From a virus, in the IMG/VR virus record IMGVR_UViG_3300024999_000053, positions 53,964 to 117,963 of that record: 64,000 nt of DNA; one strand, 5' to 3'. The notes under the pieces were generated by a model that did no database searches, had not been told where the DNA came from, and saw only the letters and a list, made by a program, of their open reading frames with translations. Shown piece by piece: positions 48,601 through 58,991 of this stretch. Numbering within the stretch: the first letter of the stretch is position 1; every line of letters starts with the position of its first letter. Made by a program: the position numbers and the translations under genes.

Positions 48601-48915
48601 TTGTTGTGACTTATTAGTTAAATCTATTTTTTTATTGATAAAAAGTATTTCGTATGTGTCTCCATACTTTTCATGTCTTTCGATTAACCTACAAGCAACC
48701 TTATAAGTTACATAACTTTCTAACTTGCATACTTTTCCTTTTAATTTAATTTTGGATTGCCCCCATAGTTTGGGTAAGCCATCACAATTTTCAAGTTTAT
48801 TTATTATGTTGGCTACAAAGATGGCATGTTCACCAGAAGCAACCTCATATGAATTTTTAGGAAAGAATATCCTACCTAATTCTATTTCACATTTAATTAT
48901 TTTATTATCTACCAT
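45664..48915 (-). CDS. recD2: RecD2/TraA-like SF1B helicase containing an intein
   Basis: HhH, NPY.L..V.GVGFK.AD, split Walker A, ASTIHRLL, IDE, GD..QL.PI, HRQA, FNG..G, AY..TIHRSQGS, YTG.TRA. Confidence 0.92.
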   Translation of the reverse strand: MVDNKIIKCEIELGRIFFPKNSYEVASGEHAIFVANIINKLENCDGLPKLWGQSKIKLKGKVCKLESYVTYKVACRLIERHEKYGDTYEILFINKKIDLTNKSQQIDFLEGIINPNIVYKLFEKYDDVITLLEDKDISALTSINGIGHATAMRIIEEFEDCKDYSQIYTELSNANLSANLINKLLDFYKSPDTVVDIVKNNPYRLVEVSGVGFKKADEIAQKMGMIGNDSRRVKACIINTLAGNGEIGRSYLHFSELMNIVFDQIGFIEQDIINDVAKQLVDKKEINVSDDGQLIGLKRYYDLEMNIHNELIRLLNAERSEEFELGDWEDTIKSVEEEQGFAYTSEQIEAVKLIIDKNIVALTGSAGCVDCDTEYFNGVGWKKISDYIEGENVLQYNRDGTAELVLPERYIKEKEEYLNHIKNETGSVDQCVCDNHNIVYLSSKNNLNIKKCSDLIEMHYGNQHGFSGRFITTFKYDGKGIDLTDDQIRLMVAVIADGSLMIGNSNFTCRFHVRKDRKKKRLIELFKLNNLKWREADSAAEGFSDFYVNPPRLEKEFTAEYWYNCSYEQLKIIASEVLNWDGSIRNNRESFSANVKSTADFVQFVFSATGKRAKLGFQDRRGQSYLTSGKLYTRKSIDYDVHVSQRAITVGIQAKDKYNINKIEKYKTIDGYKYCFTVPSHMLILRRNGSIFITGNCGKTATLNGIVQVFKDYIISAAALSGKASVRITEATGLKASTIHRLLGYSHGEFTYNEENPLDTDVVLIDETTMINGDIFLSLLKAIPNGAKLIIVGDIKQLTPIGNCQVFSDILNSNVIPSITLTKIHRQAEMSGIIVTSIKISEQEQILKPKFEGNLILGELQDMELDIYKEDDSPSDRVLKHFLKHYKITNDIIETQILSPMRTRGDLSTYNLNNKIQSIINPVDDKDIFIEVKIDKDKFYKIKLGDKVINTKNNYRAINTNGEITPIFNGNMGIVKEIDNGVCVVDFVGIGEIVLDRAGVKKLELAYVCTIHRSQGSGFHTAIVCIESSAYVLLNTEMLYTGVTRAKKYCVLVGQNSAIRTAIKTRETKKKQTYLKDMFQTIV
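46828..47814 (-). mobile_element. Intein (329 aa) with LAGLIDADG-type endonuclease in the RecD2 Walker A
   Basis: GSAG|CVDCDTE...YCFTVPSH...ITGN|CGKT; VIADGS and LNWDGS motifs. Confidence 0.92.
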
Positions 48916-48929
48916 AGTTCCTCCTTAAT

Positions 48930-51900
48930 TTAAACTCTTGCTCTTTCTTCTTGGACTATAATTTCACCATTGTCCATTAATTTTGTAATTTTCATAATTG
49001 AGTGTTGAAATATAGAATTTTTATATTTCCTTGGTTTAAATTGATCTCCCATTCTAAATCCAGATACAAGCAATTGATTTCCTCTTTTAAAGAATGATTC
49101 TTCAACTCTTTTTTTCTTACCGTCTGATAATGTTTCAGAAAGAGTTTTATTATAATGTAAAAACAATCCTCCATATAGTTTTAATGTTACAACACCACTA
49201 GGGGTCAATAATTCTACTGTATGCTTTAATTTATCTCTATCCAAAACTGTGCCTAAAATAAGACTCAATTTATATCTGCTGAATTCTCTTCCTCTAAAGA
49301 ATCCTGTTTCAGTGGCAATTGGATCTTCAGGTAAATCATTAAAATCATCAATGGTATATCGTTTGGTATTTACTTTAGATAATTCGTGTTCCGTTTTATA
49401 GTAACTCATACTGTCCATTTCCCACTTTGCTAAACTTCCTTCACTATATTTATTATAAGTATTATTGTAAATAAGAGTATTGTATTTTTTAGCAACTTCT
49501 GTATCTTTTAAAAGCATTGATATTTTAACAATATTTTTATCCAATCCTTTTTTAAATCTTCCTTTATGAACCATATATAAACCATTGTTTGCTTGAATGT
49601 AATCTAAATCTTCTCTTAATTCATTATACTTATCTAAGAAAACATCTAGTACATTATTAGGAACATAATACCATTCACCTTTCAAACCTTCTGGTAAATC
49701 TTCTTTAATAACTAAATTTGTTTTCGTGCAAATTGCCTTATAGATATTATAGAAGATAATTTCTTGCTCATAGGTTTTTGAAATTAATCCATTTTCAATT
49801 AACATAGGAATATTTGCCATAGTAAAAGAATCTTTAAATTCTACAATGGAAGTAATATATTTATTCATCAATTCAACTCTACTTCCAAAGGAATCAAGTG
49901 AACCACATTTTATTAAATTAACTACGGCGTTCTTAGTTAATTGATTTCCACATCTTTCAATGAAATCAGAGTAAGAATCAAATGGTCTAGTTTCTAATAT
50001 TTTGGCAATATCTTCTGAACCAACTTCCGATAATGCTCTTAATCCATAGAGTATTTTATTTTCATAAATAGAAAAAGCTTCCTTAGAATAATTAATATGA
50101 GGAGAATCTACTATATTATTCATTTCTGATACCGCTTTTGCAATTTTCCCGTAGTTTGTTGTTTTCCCTTCTCCGATTGCCCCTGAATTAACTGTTAGGC
50201 AAGAGCATTTCCAGTACATATGACCATATTGATAAGCAAGATTCATTTCTTGAAGAAGTATCCCTGTATATGGGCTAACATGATTTCTTGAGAAGGAATA
50301 CCCAAGACTTGGCGTAATTTGATATTCCCAAACATAATCCAATAGTAACTGTCTAGTTTTATTCTTCAAACCCTCTTCGAAAAAAAGTTTTTTAGAATCT
50401 TCGATTGTTTTCTTTGATTTCTTTGAGATCCCTTTTCTGAGCTTGTTGGCTTGTGTTAAGGTAAAGTTTGAAATCTTAGAATCCATTGAAATTTCCATTA
50501 CGGTTTCTTGCGTATCTGCAATCCCATATAAATGTAATAAATGAGGTTCTAATACGGTAATTTCGTCTTCATTTAGTCCATATTCCCTCATCTCTTTGTA
50601 CCATAAGCTGATGTCATTCTTAAATCGAACATATTTATCAAGAGGTTGTTCGCCACCCTTATTAGCCAATCTCATAAGTGAATTTCCTGTAACTAATTCC
50701 AAGAAGGTTTGAGGTTGAATTTTCATTAGTGCTTGATGCCCGACTGTTCCCTCGTATTGAAATGCGTTTGTTACATCTCCACTGTAAAGCATTTTCCACA
50801 TATCCTTGTTTGTATAATTAATTACGTCAGGGTGTAAATAATAATTATATGTGTCTCTAATAGTTCCCCTCCATTCCATTTTACCTTCTTCCAGTAAGGT
50901 GTTCATACAAGTGTGAATACGATCTAAAGCCTCAATAGTTAGAATATCAAATTTAAGTCCCCCTGAATACTCTGAATCATGTAAGTTCCAACAAGTAATA
51001 GGTTCTCCATTGGGAGCCTTCATCATAGAATTCTGAGCAACATAACCATTGGGGAAAATAATAACTCCTGAAGCATGAATACTTCTTCCCACAATCAACC
51101 CCTCTAGTTCCAAAGCTGTCTCTCTTAGTTGTGGATAGTTTTCTAGAAGATTGATTAATTCTTTAATAGGTTTTCTTTCATCTTCTTCATTACCCAATAA
51201 ACAATCATTTAGACTCCATTGCGCCCCTCTTTCTACTGGAATCATATCAGAAATAGCTTGAATTTCATCGTAGTTGAAGTTTAAGCCTCTTCCAGCAGTT
51301 AATATAGCTAACTTAGGTTTTAACGTCTTAAAAGTGGCTACATTAAGAGTATTTTCATGTCCGTACTTATCCTTAATTGCATTTAGAATATTTTGTCTGG
51401 ATGCTGCATTAGAATCCAGATCAATATCGGCCAGTTCAGGTTTACTACTATGAATGTGCCTCCATGATGGTAAGTTAAATGTAATTGGATTCATTTGAGT
51501 AATGTCAATGAGATAGGCTATATAGAATCCTGTGACACTTCCTCTTGCAATTCCACAGAGGCTTACTTGCCAAATCAAATCTACTAAATCTTTCGTTAAA
51601 CTATAATAAGAACTTAGTCTCTGATTAATCTTTTCACTAATCAACCAAAGTTGCTTACACTCTTCTTCAATTCTTTCTAGATTAATTTTATTGAATTCTT
51701 GTTTTTTATTAGTCATTCCTTCTTGAATTAAAAACAATAAATATTTATCAACAAGATATTCAGAGTAATAAAATTTATTTATGTATTCATAATCAATGAT
51801 ATAATCTTTCATTATATGATTATCATTAAACTCTGGAATCTGAGTTAGCGGTACAACTGGATCGAGTGCTAAATCATATGTTTCAATTTTACTAGCAATT

Positions 51901-52790
51901 TCTAAAGTATTGTTTGTCATTTCTTCAAATAATTCTCTGTCGATGTAATCTTTTAAATAATCCCAAACTTCATCTTTTGTCATCACATAAGTTGAAGAGT
52001 AGAACGCACTAACTTCTCTATCTCCCTGTTTTGAGTTTAAGAATGACTCGTGAATTTGTCTGTGATTTTTAGTTAAATAATGAGCATCAGTAGTATAAAT
52101 AACTTTAATATTATATTTAACACCTAGATCAATAATAAACTTGTTGTAAGCTATTTGATCTTCTTGGAAACTTGGTTGGCACTCTAAATAAAAATCATCT
52201 TCAAAAACATATTTACAACCATTAATGAAGTCTTCAATCTCCTTCAATGCAGTAGAACTTCCTCCTTGAAACTCTTTAAATTTATTGCCTATAAGAGACC
52301 CTAAACAGGCAGAAGATGCAATCACCTGTCCTTTGTGTTCTAACATTACCTCGACCATCTGTTGGGTTGTGAGAGGTGTTCTTTCCATAGGCCCAGTCCT
52401 AAAAGAATTCATCCATGCTAATGTTGACATTTTTCTTAGTGCTAAATGACCTTCTTTATTTTTAGCTATAAGTATAAAGTGGGGAAATTTAGTTACTCCA
52501 GAAATATAATTATCTTTTACTTCTTCTATTGAATTTATTAAATAGATTTCATTTCCTAATCCCAATGTAAAATTAGGATTTGTTTTATGTATTTCTTTTG
52601 TTACTTTTATAGCCTCTATGTGACCACTTAAACACTCATGATCCGTGACAGCCAGACCATTAAGACCTATTTTTTCAGCATACTCAATCAAAGCTTTAAC
52701 TTTATTTGTCGAATCCGATAATTTCAAATTACTTAATTCTGTGTGGCAGTGCCCTGAAAAATAAGACAAGTCAGTTTCTAATTCCTGCAT
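48930..52790 (-). CDS. dnaE: DNA polymerase III alpha subunit (SPbeta YorL-like)
   Basis: PHP HCHT/TDHE/TDAHY, RGS, ADIDLD, SIHASG, KFDIL, GYSFSRNH. Confidence 0.95.
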   Translation of the reverse strand: MQELETDLSYFSGHCHTELSNLKLSDSTNKVKALIEYAEKIGLNGLAVTDHECLSGHIEAIKVTKEIHKTNPNFTLGLGNEIYLINSIEEVKDNYISGVTKFPHFILIAKNKEGHLALRKMSTLAWMNSFRTGPMERTPLTTQQMVEVMLEHKGQVIASSACLGSLIGNKFKEFQGGSSTALKEIEDFINGCKYVFEDDFYLECQPSFQEDQIAYNKFIIDLGVKYNIKVIYTTDAHYLTKNHRQIHESFLNSKQGDREVSAFYSSTYVMTKDEVWDYLKDYIDRELFEEMTNNTLEIASKIETYDLALDPVVPLTQIPEFNDNHIMKDYIIDYEYINKFYYSEYLVDKYLLFLIQEGMTNKKQEFNKINLERIEEECKQLWLISEKINQRLSSYYSLTKDLVDLIWQVSLCGIARGSVTGFYIAYLIDITQMNPITFNLPSWRHIHSSKPELADIDLDSNAASRQNILNAIKDKYGHENTLNVATFKTLKPKLAILTAGRGLNFNYDEIQAISDMIPVERGAQWSLNDCLLGNEEDERKPIKELINLLENYPQLRETALELEGLIVGRSIHASGVIIFPNGYVAQNSMMKAPNGEPITCWNLHDSEYSGGLKFDILTIEALDRIHTCMNTLLEEGKMEWRGTIRDTYNYYLHPDVINYTNKDMWKMLYSGDVTNAFQYEGTVGHQALMKIQPQTFLELVTGNSLMRLANKGGEQPLDKYVRFKNDISLWYKEMREYGLNEDEITVLEPHLLHLYGIADTQETVMEISMDSKISNFTLTQANKLRKGISKKSKKTIEDSKKLFFEEGLKNKTRQLLLDYVWEYQITPSLGYSFSRNHVSPYTGILLQEMNLAYQYGHMYWKCSCLTVNSGAIGEGKTTNYGKIAKAVSEMNNIVDSPHINYSKEAFSIYENKILYGLRALSEVGSEDIAKILETRPFDSYSDFIERCGNQLTKNAVVNLIKCGSLDSFGSRVELMNKYITSIVEFKDSFTMANIPMLIENGLISKTYEQEIIFYNIYKAICTKTNLVIKEDLPEGLKGEWYYVPNNVLDVFLDKYNELREDLDYIQANNGLYMVHKGRFKKGLDKNIVKISMLLKDTEVAKKYNTLIYNNTYNKYSEGSLAKWEMDSMSYYKTEHELSKVNTKRYTIDDFNDLPEDPIATETGFFRGREFSRYKLSLILGTVLDRDKLKHTVELLTPSGVVTLKLYGGLFLHYNKTLSETLSDGKKKRVEESFFKRGNQLLVSGFRMGDQFKPRKYKNSIFQHSIMKITKLMDNGEIIVQEERARV

Positions 52791-52872
52791 TTACTCACTC
52801 CTTCCTTCTTATATAATATATCACACTCAAAATATATAATTAAGTGTAATATATTATATTTTGGTTTATAAT

Positions 52873-54618
52873 CTAGAATCTAAATTTTACTACACTTGGA
52901 GCATACATATATTCTTCAATCATAACTTGTGGTGTAATTTTACCCATGTATTCATTAACACTAAATTTACCAATGGCAGTAAGATTAATAGCAGGATGAC
53001 TTTTGATTTCATTAAATTTTTCTTCATTGGTAAAAAACTTAATTAATGAGATTCCATTGAATTTAAACTTAATTGTATTTTTGTTTTTACCCATTAATTC
53101 AATATCACTTGTATTGATTAATAAATTTTCTAAAGCGAACAATGGCTCATCTACTGAGTTTCCCCAAATGTTTTTATGTTTCCCTACTGATTCAATTAAA
53201 ATCTTATTTAGTGTTTTTTCAGTAAAAATTGCATCAACATCAAACAATAAGAAATTTGAAACTTCCATCTCTCCAACCATTGTATATAACTCATCCATTT
53301 TTTCACTAGGAACTGAAATTCCACAAGCATTAGGATGACCCAAAGCATAATCAAACAAACCACTATTATTACACCATTTTTTAACATCTTTAATATCTTT
53401 TTTATCATATCCTCTGGCACTTCCTGCAAAACTACTACCATGAGCACTAAGTAAGAAACATGGTCTTTGATAAAAATTAGTAAGTTTATTTGCTAATAGT
53501 CCATTTAATGATTTCTCAGTAAGTCCAGTTGCATTGAGAATTATAATTCCATTATTGTCCAATTTAAAATCATTTACTTGAGTTTTAGCTATTTCCATTG
53601 CATCATCTACGAGTTTCTTTTGTTTTCTCTTACATTTCCCTGCGATACGTACAACGTAATCTTGAAGAGATAGTTCGACTTCTCCTTTCCCTCTAATTTT
53701 ATCAATATGTGGTTCATCGATATTGAGGAATGCTTTGAACATTAATTCTTTTTCTTCGTATGTCCCCATTCTGATTAATGCATTGACTAGAGGAGCAATA
53801 TAGAATCCGATTCCGATAATAGATACTTCATTTTTCATATCATACGCCTTATCTTTAACTAAAGCTGAAATGAATTTGTTCTTATTTTGTTCTTTGGACA
53901 TTTGTTTGATGCCCTTTAAGACTAAATAACGACTCTCTAAGTTCCTTAAATCTGCAACGTCAGCAATCATACCAACAGCTACTAAATCGAGGTAATTGTC
54001 TGCGAAATTTAGGTTTAATTTCTTATCAATGTATGTAAAGAATTTCCAACAAACCCCTACTCCTGTCATAGATTTGTTCGTAACCTTTTGAGAGAGTTGA
54101 TTATTTATAACAATTGCATCTTCACTGTATCGATCACATTCATGATGGTCTAAAACTAAAATGTCAATTCCTTTTTTCTTGTAATATTTATGTTGTGCAT
54201 AGTCATTACTCGATGAATCTGGTAAAATTATTAAACTACAATCAAACTTATGGATTTTAGTCATTGTAATATCATCTAATCCATGTGCTTTATCGTCGTG
54301 AATAACGAAATGAAGTTTAGCTTTACTCCCAAATTTTTCGATTAGAAGTGAAGCATACTGATAGGTAAAAGAAGCACTAGAACTACCATCAAAATCTGGG
54401 TCTACTACAATGACGATATCACTTCCTAATTCAATATGCCTCATTAAACACTTATATCCTAATTCCATATTATCATATAAGTCCTCGGATTCTAAGTGAG
54501 ATTCATTAGGATTAAGAAAATCAGGGATATTGATAATGTCTCTGTTTTTTAAAACAGTATCTAATATATTATTAAATCCTATTACATTACCCTTTAGGCT
54601 ATATTTAAAATTACTCAT
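52873..54618 (-). CDS. recJ: RecJ-like DHH exonuclease (YorK-like)
   Basis: VDPDFDG, HG, LDHH, G.GV, G.IAD, GSARG, GHPNACG. Confidence 0.9.
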   Translation of the reverse strand: MSNFKYSLKGNVIGFNNILDTVLKNRDIINIPDFLNPNESHLESEDLYDNMELGYKCLMRHIELGSDIVIVVDPDFDGSSSASFTYQYASLLIEKFGSKAKLHFVIHDDKAHGLDDITMTKIHKFDCSLIILPDSSSNDYAQHKYYKKKGIDILVLDHHECDRYSEDAIVINNQLSQKVTNKSMTGVGVCWKFFTYIDKKLNLNFADNYLDLVAVGMIADVADLRNLESRYLVLKGIKQMSKEQNKNKFISALVKDKAYDMKNEVSIIGIGFYIAPLVNALIRMGTYEEKELMFKAFLNIDEPHIDKIRGKGEVELSLQDYVVRIAGKCKRKQKKLVDDAMEIAKTQVNDFKLDNNGIIILNATGLTEKSLNGLLANKLTNFYQRPCFLLSAHGSSFAGSARGYDKKDIKDVKKWCNNSGLFDYALGHPNACGISVPSEKMDELYTMVGEMEVSNFLLFDVDAIFTEKTLNKILIESVGKHKNIWGNSVDEPLFALENLLINTSDIELMGKNKNTIKFKFNGISLIKFFTNEEKFNEIKSHPAINLTAIGKFSVNEYMGKITPQVMIEEYMYAPSVVKFRF

Positions 54619-54642
54619 ATTTTCCTCTTTTCATTATTATTA

Positions 54643-55725
54643 TTATTTACCTTCCGTACACCCAACATATATTTTACTATCCATTAACTTTAGTAATGTT
54701 TCCTTATTAATATCTGAGGGGGAACTTTTGTAAGGAAGTAATCCTTCCGTATCCCATAGAACTGTTACTATACAATAAGGAGCTAATTTATTTACAAATC
54801 TTTCAATAATGTGGTTTGCCCATTTTTTAGCTTCAATACTATCCACCTCTTGATATTCTTTATCTAGAGCAATAATAACTTCTCTGACTTCTAAACTAAG
54901 TATTAAATCCCTTTGAAAATTACTAAAACTACCTCCACATAGAGCCACTGCAAAATTATCTTCTTTAAAAAAAGAATAACATTGAAGGACAGATTTTTCC
55001 GACTCCACAAGCATTATTTTACTTTTCCTCTTAATTGCTTCTTTATTAATATTTATCCCATAAAGATTCTGAGACAAAGGATGAGAATACATCACGTTTC
55101 TCATTTGAAAAGGACAATACTTACCATATTGTTCAACTTCCTCTTCTAGCATCAATCTAGCTCTTATTCCCATTAATTGGTTGTCAATATTATAATGAGG
55201 TATTATTATTTTTTGCTGTAATGTGCAATAAAGAATTCCATATTTAATCATAGAGGGTATATCAATACCTTCGTCTACCCAACCTTGCCAATACATTCTC
55301 TGAAAAATATTTAAGATACTTGCATCATAGAAATCTTTTTTAGTAATTGGCATTAAGTCTTTCTTTTTTCTTCTAATATTATTAATAAAATCCCAATCAC
55401 TTATTTTTCCATTTTGTGTACCAAAACCACAAGTTAAAGTTGGAATATCAAGTTGAATGCAAATCCAATTAATTGCCTCACCAAAAGAATAATCTTTATT
55501 TCTGCAAACTAATTCGATAATGTCAAAACTGTCAAAGCATTCTGAGTAGCAATGGAAATATTTACTTTCCTTGTAGTAATAAAGTTTATATTTTTGTCCG
55601 TGGTGACATGCGGTTCGGAAGAGGAATGCTTCCTCTGTGTCTATGTATTCATCTGACCCCATTCTGCCCAACAACTTAATAATGTCACTCTCTGTAATTT
55701 TAGATTTTAATTCTTGTGCATTCAT
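54643..55725 (-). CDS. DNA primase (CHC2 plus TOPRIM; YorJ-like)
   Basis: TACHH...FHCYSEC; IIIPH; LYG; VESEKSVL; IALD. Confidence 0.8.
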   Translation of the reverse strand: MNAQELKSKITESDIIKLLGRMGSDEYIDTEEAFLFRTACHHGQKYKLYYYKESKYFHCYSECFDSFDIIELVCRNKDYSFGEAINWICIQLDIPTLTCGFGTQNGKISDWDFINNIRRKKKDLMPITKKDFYDASILNIFQRMYWQGWVDEGIDIPSMIKYGILYCTLQQKIIIPHYNIDNQLMGIRARLMLEEEVEQYGKYCPFQMRNVMYSHPLSQNLYGININKEAIKRKSKIMLVESEKSVLQCYSFFKEDNFAVALCGGSFSNFQRDLILSLEVREVIIALDKEYQEVDSIEAKKWANHIIERFVNKLAPYCIVTVLWDTEGLLPYKSSPSDINKETLLKLMDSKIYVGCTEGK

Positions 55726-55737
55726 AAAACCACCTTA

Positions 55738-57342
55738 TTATTCTTCAAGGTTTATTTTATTAAATTCAGTAATCAATTCAGAGGCACTAGTTACTGCTTC
55801 AATTGGTTCACATACTCCAACATCTTCTAATGCAAATTCAATAAATGTTGGTTCTATATCTGTAATTAATTCAAAGTCTACATTAGTTACAAAACAATCA
55901 ATCTCACGAACAGTTCCAAGGTTTAATTTTGTCCAAACAATAACACTCTTCCACTTTCCTCCCCTATTTTTAATTATGTAATATGCCATTGTTGGAACAA
56001 GATAAAAACCCTTATCTAATATAGGTTTTAATTTTTGTAAATCCGCACTAGTTACTGGTAAAGCTAAAATACCATAGTCTGGTTTTTCAAGAATTGCTTT
56101 ACTTCCTTTTAGAGCATTGCCATCTTTCTCCTCTTTGTAATTGGAGGATAATTGAGTTGAAGAACCTAAGAAGATATCATATTTATTTGCTAATTGCTTT
56201 AATGCTGCTGAGAAAAGGAATAAGATTTGATCAGTCCTTAGTTTTGTTCCTGTTTTTTGTCCATAATAAGCATAAAGTGAAGGAGAGTCATTTATGTAAT
56301 CGAAAAAACAATGAGTTATATTTTGATTTATAATATATGTTTCTATAGTTTCTTCTATTGTTTCTATTGTGAAATCAGGTTGATATTCACCATATAATAA
56401 ACTTTCCTTAACAATTTCTCCCGATTCATAGACTATTTTTGATTCTTCTTCTGTGATATCTTTCCATTCAGTCAATCTATCCTCATCTATTCCACTAATA
56501 TGAGCCAGTAAACAAGTTTGTAGTTCTTCTTTGGATAATTCTGTTGAAATGAACAATACAGGTGATTTTGCTCCTGTGGACAACCAAATATGTTTATTCC
56601 AATCAAATATTTTGTCAGACGATATATTACACGCTTCTGCTAGAGAATTTCTTGTTTTACCTCCTCCTGATACCGAACTTCTAATCATACATTTTCTTGG
56701 TCTTAATCCCCTAAAAATCGTAGTCATATAACCAGATTGCATAGGATATCCATAACTTGTTTCTTGATTTTTACAATCTTCAATAATGCCCACAATTCCA
56801 TCTCCAGCATGAAAATTATAATTATCACTAAAACTACTTCCCCAAAGATTCTTAAATTCATTAAATTTATTTAGAAGTTGAGCTAACACTTGTCTACTAT
56901 TCATTTTATTAAATAATTCTAATTTACTTTCATTGTTTTCATCGTATATAAAACTAATATCCATCTTCAAGGATTCTGTAGCTATTCTTAAAATAGAAAA
57001 CTTTCTAACAGTGTCAAAATATAATTCAATATTTTGAGTTTTATCGGCAGTTTCCTCAATAGCACGTTCTATGTATAATGCACCATCATTAATATTCCAC
57101 AAACTCATAGAAGCTGGAAATTGAGATATTTCATTTTCAATTTCCAAGGAAGTAATTTTACTAACTCTAGATTTTTTTGCAATATTTTGGATACTACCAA
57201 AAATTAACTTATGAAACGATTCTGCGAAATCATTAGCATTGGCTTCATATTTTTTATTTAAAATTAAACGAGGGTTGTGACAATATACTCCAAATAATAA
57301 GAAAATATATCGTTTGTCCATCAGTCCTAGTACATCCATCAA
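55738..57342 (-). CDS. dnaB: DnaB-like replicative helicase (YorI-like)
   Basis: SGGGKTR, FISTEL, FFDYI, STQL, KNRGG. Confidence 0.85.
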   Translation of the reverse strand: MMDVLGLMDKRYIFLLFGVYCHNPRLILNKKYEANANDFAESFHKLIFGSIQNIAKKSRVSKITSLEIENEISQFPASMSLWNINDGALYIERAIEETADKTQNIELYFDTVRKFSILRIATESLKMDISFIYDENNESKLELFNKMNSRQVLAQLLNKFNEFKNLWGSSFSDNYNFHAGDGIVGIIEDCKNQETSYGYPMQSGYMTTIFRGLRPRKCMIRSSVSGGGKTRNSLAEACNISSDKIFDWNKHIWLSTGAKSPVLFISTELSKEELQTCLLAHISGIDEDRLTEWKDITEEESKIVYESGEIVKESLLYGEYQPDFTIETIEETIETYIINQNITHCFFDYINDSPSLYAYYGQKTGTKLRTDQILFLFSAALKQLANKYDIFLGSSTQLSSNYKEEKDGNALKGSKAILEKPDYGILALPVTSADLQKLKPILDKGFYLVPTMAYYIIKNRGGKWKSVIVWTKLNLGTVREIDCFVTNVDFELITDIEPTFIEFALEDVGVCEPIEAVTSASELITEFNKINLEE

Positions 57343-57858
57343 CTACCCCTCCTTTATCAATTCATCTAAGTTAAATACAAAATCTTTCTTTTTAACATAC
57401 ACTTTATCCATATTTACTTTTACTACATTTATTTTTTCTTCACCATTATCATTACTATCCCGAACACTTGCTTCAATTTTTTGTTGATTATTAAAATAAT
57501 TTCTCGCTTTTTCATAGGAATATTTCACTAGTGCTATTCCATATTTGGAATCTGAGAAAGATTTACCCTCGATAGATTTAATATACCACATGGTATAAAC
57601 CATCCCATCATATGAATATCCCAATTGATCTTTATATTCTTTCATTTGTTTGAATATCAATCCTGTTGGTCTTTCAACATTAAGATACTCACAGATTGTT
57701 TTTATTAATAAATTATATGATTGTCCAGTAAGTTGAATTTGGTCGTAACACTCTTTGCAGTATGTTTTATTACTATGAACAAATTTTTCTTCCTTAATTA
57801 TTAATTTGTCACAACCCTTACATTTAGACTTTCTTCCCAAACTATAAACACCTCCCAT
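57343..57858 (-). CDS. YorH-like zinc-finger protein
   Basis: CKGC/CKEC; SY.GM.YT..Y..YGIALV.Y.Y..A..YF; synteny. Confidence 0.65.
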   Translation of the reverse strand: MGGVYSLGRKSKCKGCDKLIIKEEKFVHSNKTYCKECYDQIQLTGQSYNLLIKTICEYLNVERPTGLIFKQMKEYKDQLGYSYDGMVYTMWYIKSIEGKSFSDSKYGIALVKYSYEKARNYFNNQQKIEASVRDSNDNGEEKINVVKVNMDKVYVKKKDFVFNLDELIKEG

Positions 57859-57906
57859 ATAAGAAAGGGAAGCATTAAAACTTCCCTATTCTCATTAAAC
57901 CAATAC

Positions 57907-58908
57907 TTATTGTAGTTTATATTTAATTACTAATTCTTCTAATTCAAACACAACCACCTTAGCCAAATCTAATTGTGTTTCTTTTAATCCATCAAAGAGC
58001 TTAGGTGTGACTCCATCTTCTTCTAATCCTAAATTTCTTTTCAAAACAGTCATTGCTTCTTCAAGATATCCATTATTAGCTAGAATTCCTCCAAGTTCAC
58101 TACCCCTAGATTTAATAAATTCGAAGGTAGTTTCTTCTTGATATTGAACAATAGTAGTTTTAGCAGTAATGTTTTCCTCACCTAATCCCCCTATGGCTGT
58201 TTCAACTGTTGTTCTTAAATCCTTAGTATTAATCTTAATGGGGAGGTTGAAGGTATCTTTTAAATTAGGTAGCATAGGACTTGAACTAAAAGTTACAAAA
58301 CGCTCTTCCTTTCCTTCAATCAATTCCTTCCACATAAACCCAACAAGGTAAGCCCCCTCCTTTATGTATGAAAGTGAATTTTTACTAAGTTTCATGTCAA
58401 TCTTTTTTGTTCCATCAGAATCTTGCCCTGGAACTGACTGTGCAACAAAATGAACTGGATAACCTAGATTTCTTAGGTCTCCGATTGCACGTAGAATTTT
58501 CTTAAAATATTGAGTCCCTTTACCATATGTTCCGACATCTGCAAGAATCGCTACATCATGACCATCTGTTACATACTGTTCAGCAAGTTCTTCAAATTTA
58601 TCTACTGTGTCAATTACAAGGCAGGAGAACTTTTCTTTCAAAAGAGGATTTTTCAATTGAGAAATCGTACTTTTTAGTTCTGCAACATTATTAATTTTAA
58701 TCGCCATAATGTTTGGGATGTTTTGATATCTATCTTCAAACATTAGAAATAAAGGTTTTCTACCATCTGTACTTAGTGACTCAAGATATTCCTTTAACGT
58801 AAATGTTTTACCTTCTCCACTATTACCAATCCAAACCATTGAATATTGTGTTAAATCCATTGATACCTTATTTGGTTGAAGATCCATTAAATTTGCCATA
58901 TTATACAT
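57907..58908 (-). CDS. AAA_24/Sak4-like ATPase (YorG-like)
   Basis: GNSGEGKT, LVIDTVD, YGKG. Confidence 0.75.
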   Translation of the reverse strand: MYNMANLMDLQPNKVSMDLTQYSMVWIGNSGEGKTFTLKEYLESLSTDGRKPLFLMFEDRYQNIPNIMAIKINNVAELKSTISQLKNPLLKEKFSCLVIDTVDKFEELAEQYVTDGHDVAILADVGTYGKGTQYFKKILRAIGDLRNLGYPVHFVAQSVPGQDSDGTKKIDMKLSKNSLSYIKEGAYLVGFMWKELIEGKEERFVTFSSSPMLPNLKDTFNLPIKINTKDLRTTVETAIGGLGEENITAKTTIVQYQEETTFEFIKSRGSELGGILANNGYLEEAMTVLKRNLGLEEDGVTPKLFDGLKETQLDLAKVVVFELEELVIKYKLQ

Positions 58909-58991
58909 TACCCCTTATTTAATTTATTATTTTTGTTGGAGTAGATGATTTTTCAATCTACTTCAACTCTCAATTTTAAGTAAGTTTGTTT

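Noticed and set aside
48930-52790. Intein in DnaE
   Set aside because: Length is typical for YorL-like polymerases, motifs are contiguous, and no splice-junction motifs were seen
57340-57348. Genome-wide amber (TAG) recoding suggested by in-frame TAG junctions (yorH-like/dnaB, nrdG/HNH)
   Set aside because: Long conserved genes have no internal TAG, and TAG ends many genes at expected C-termini
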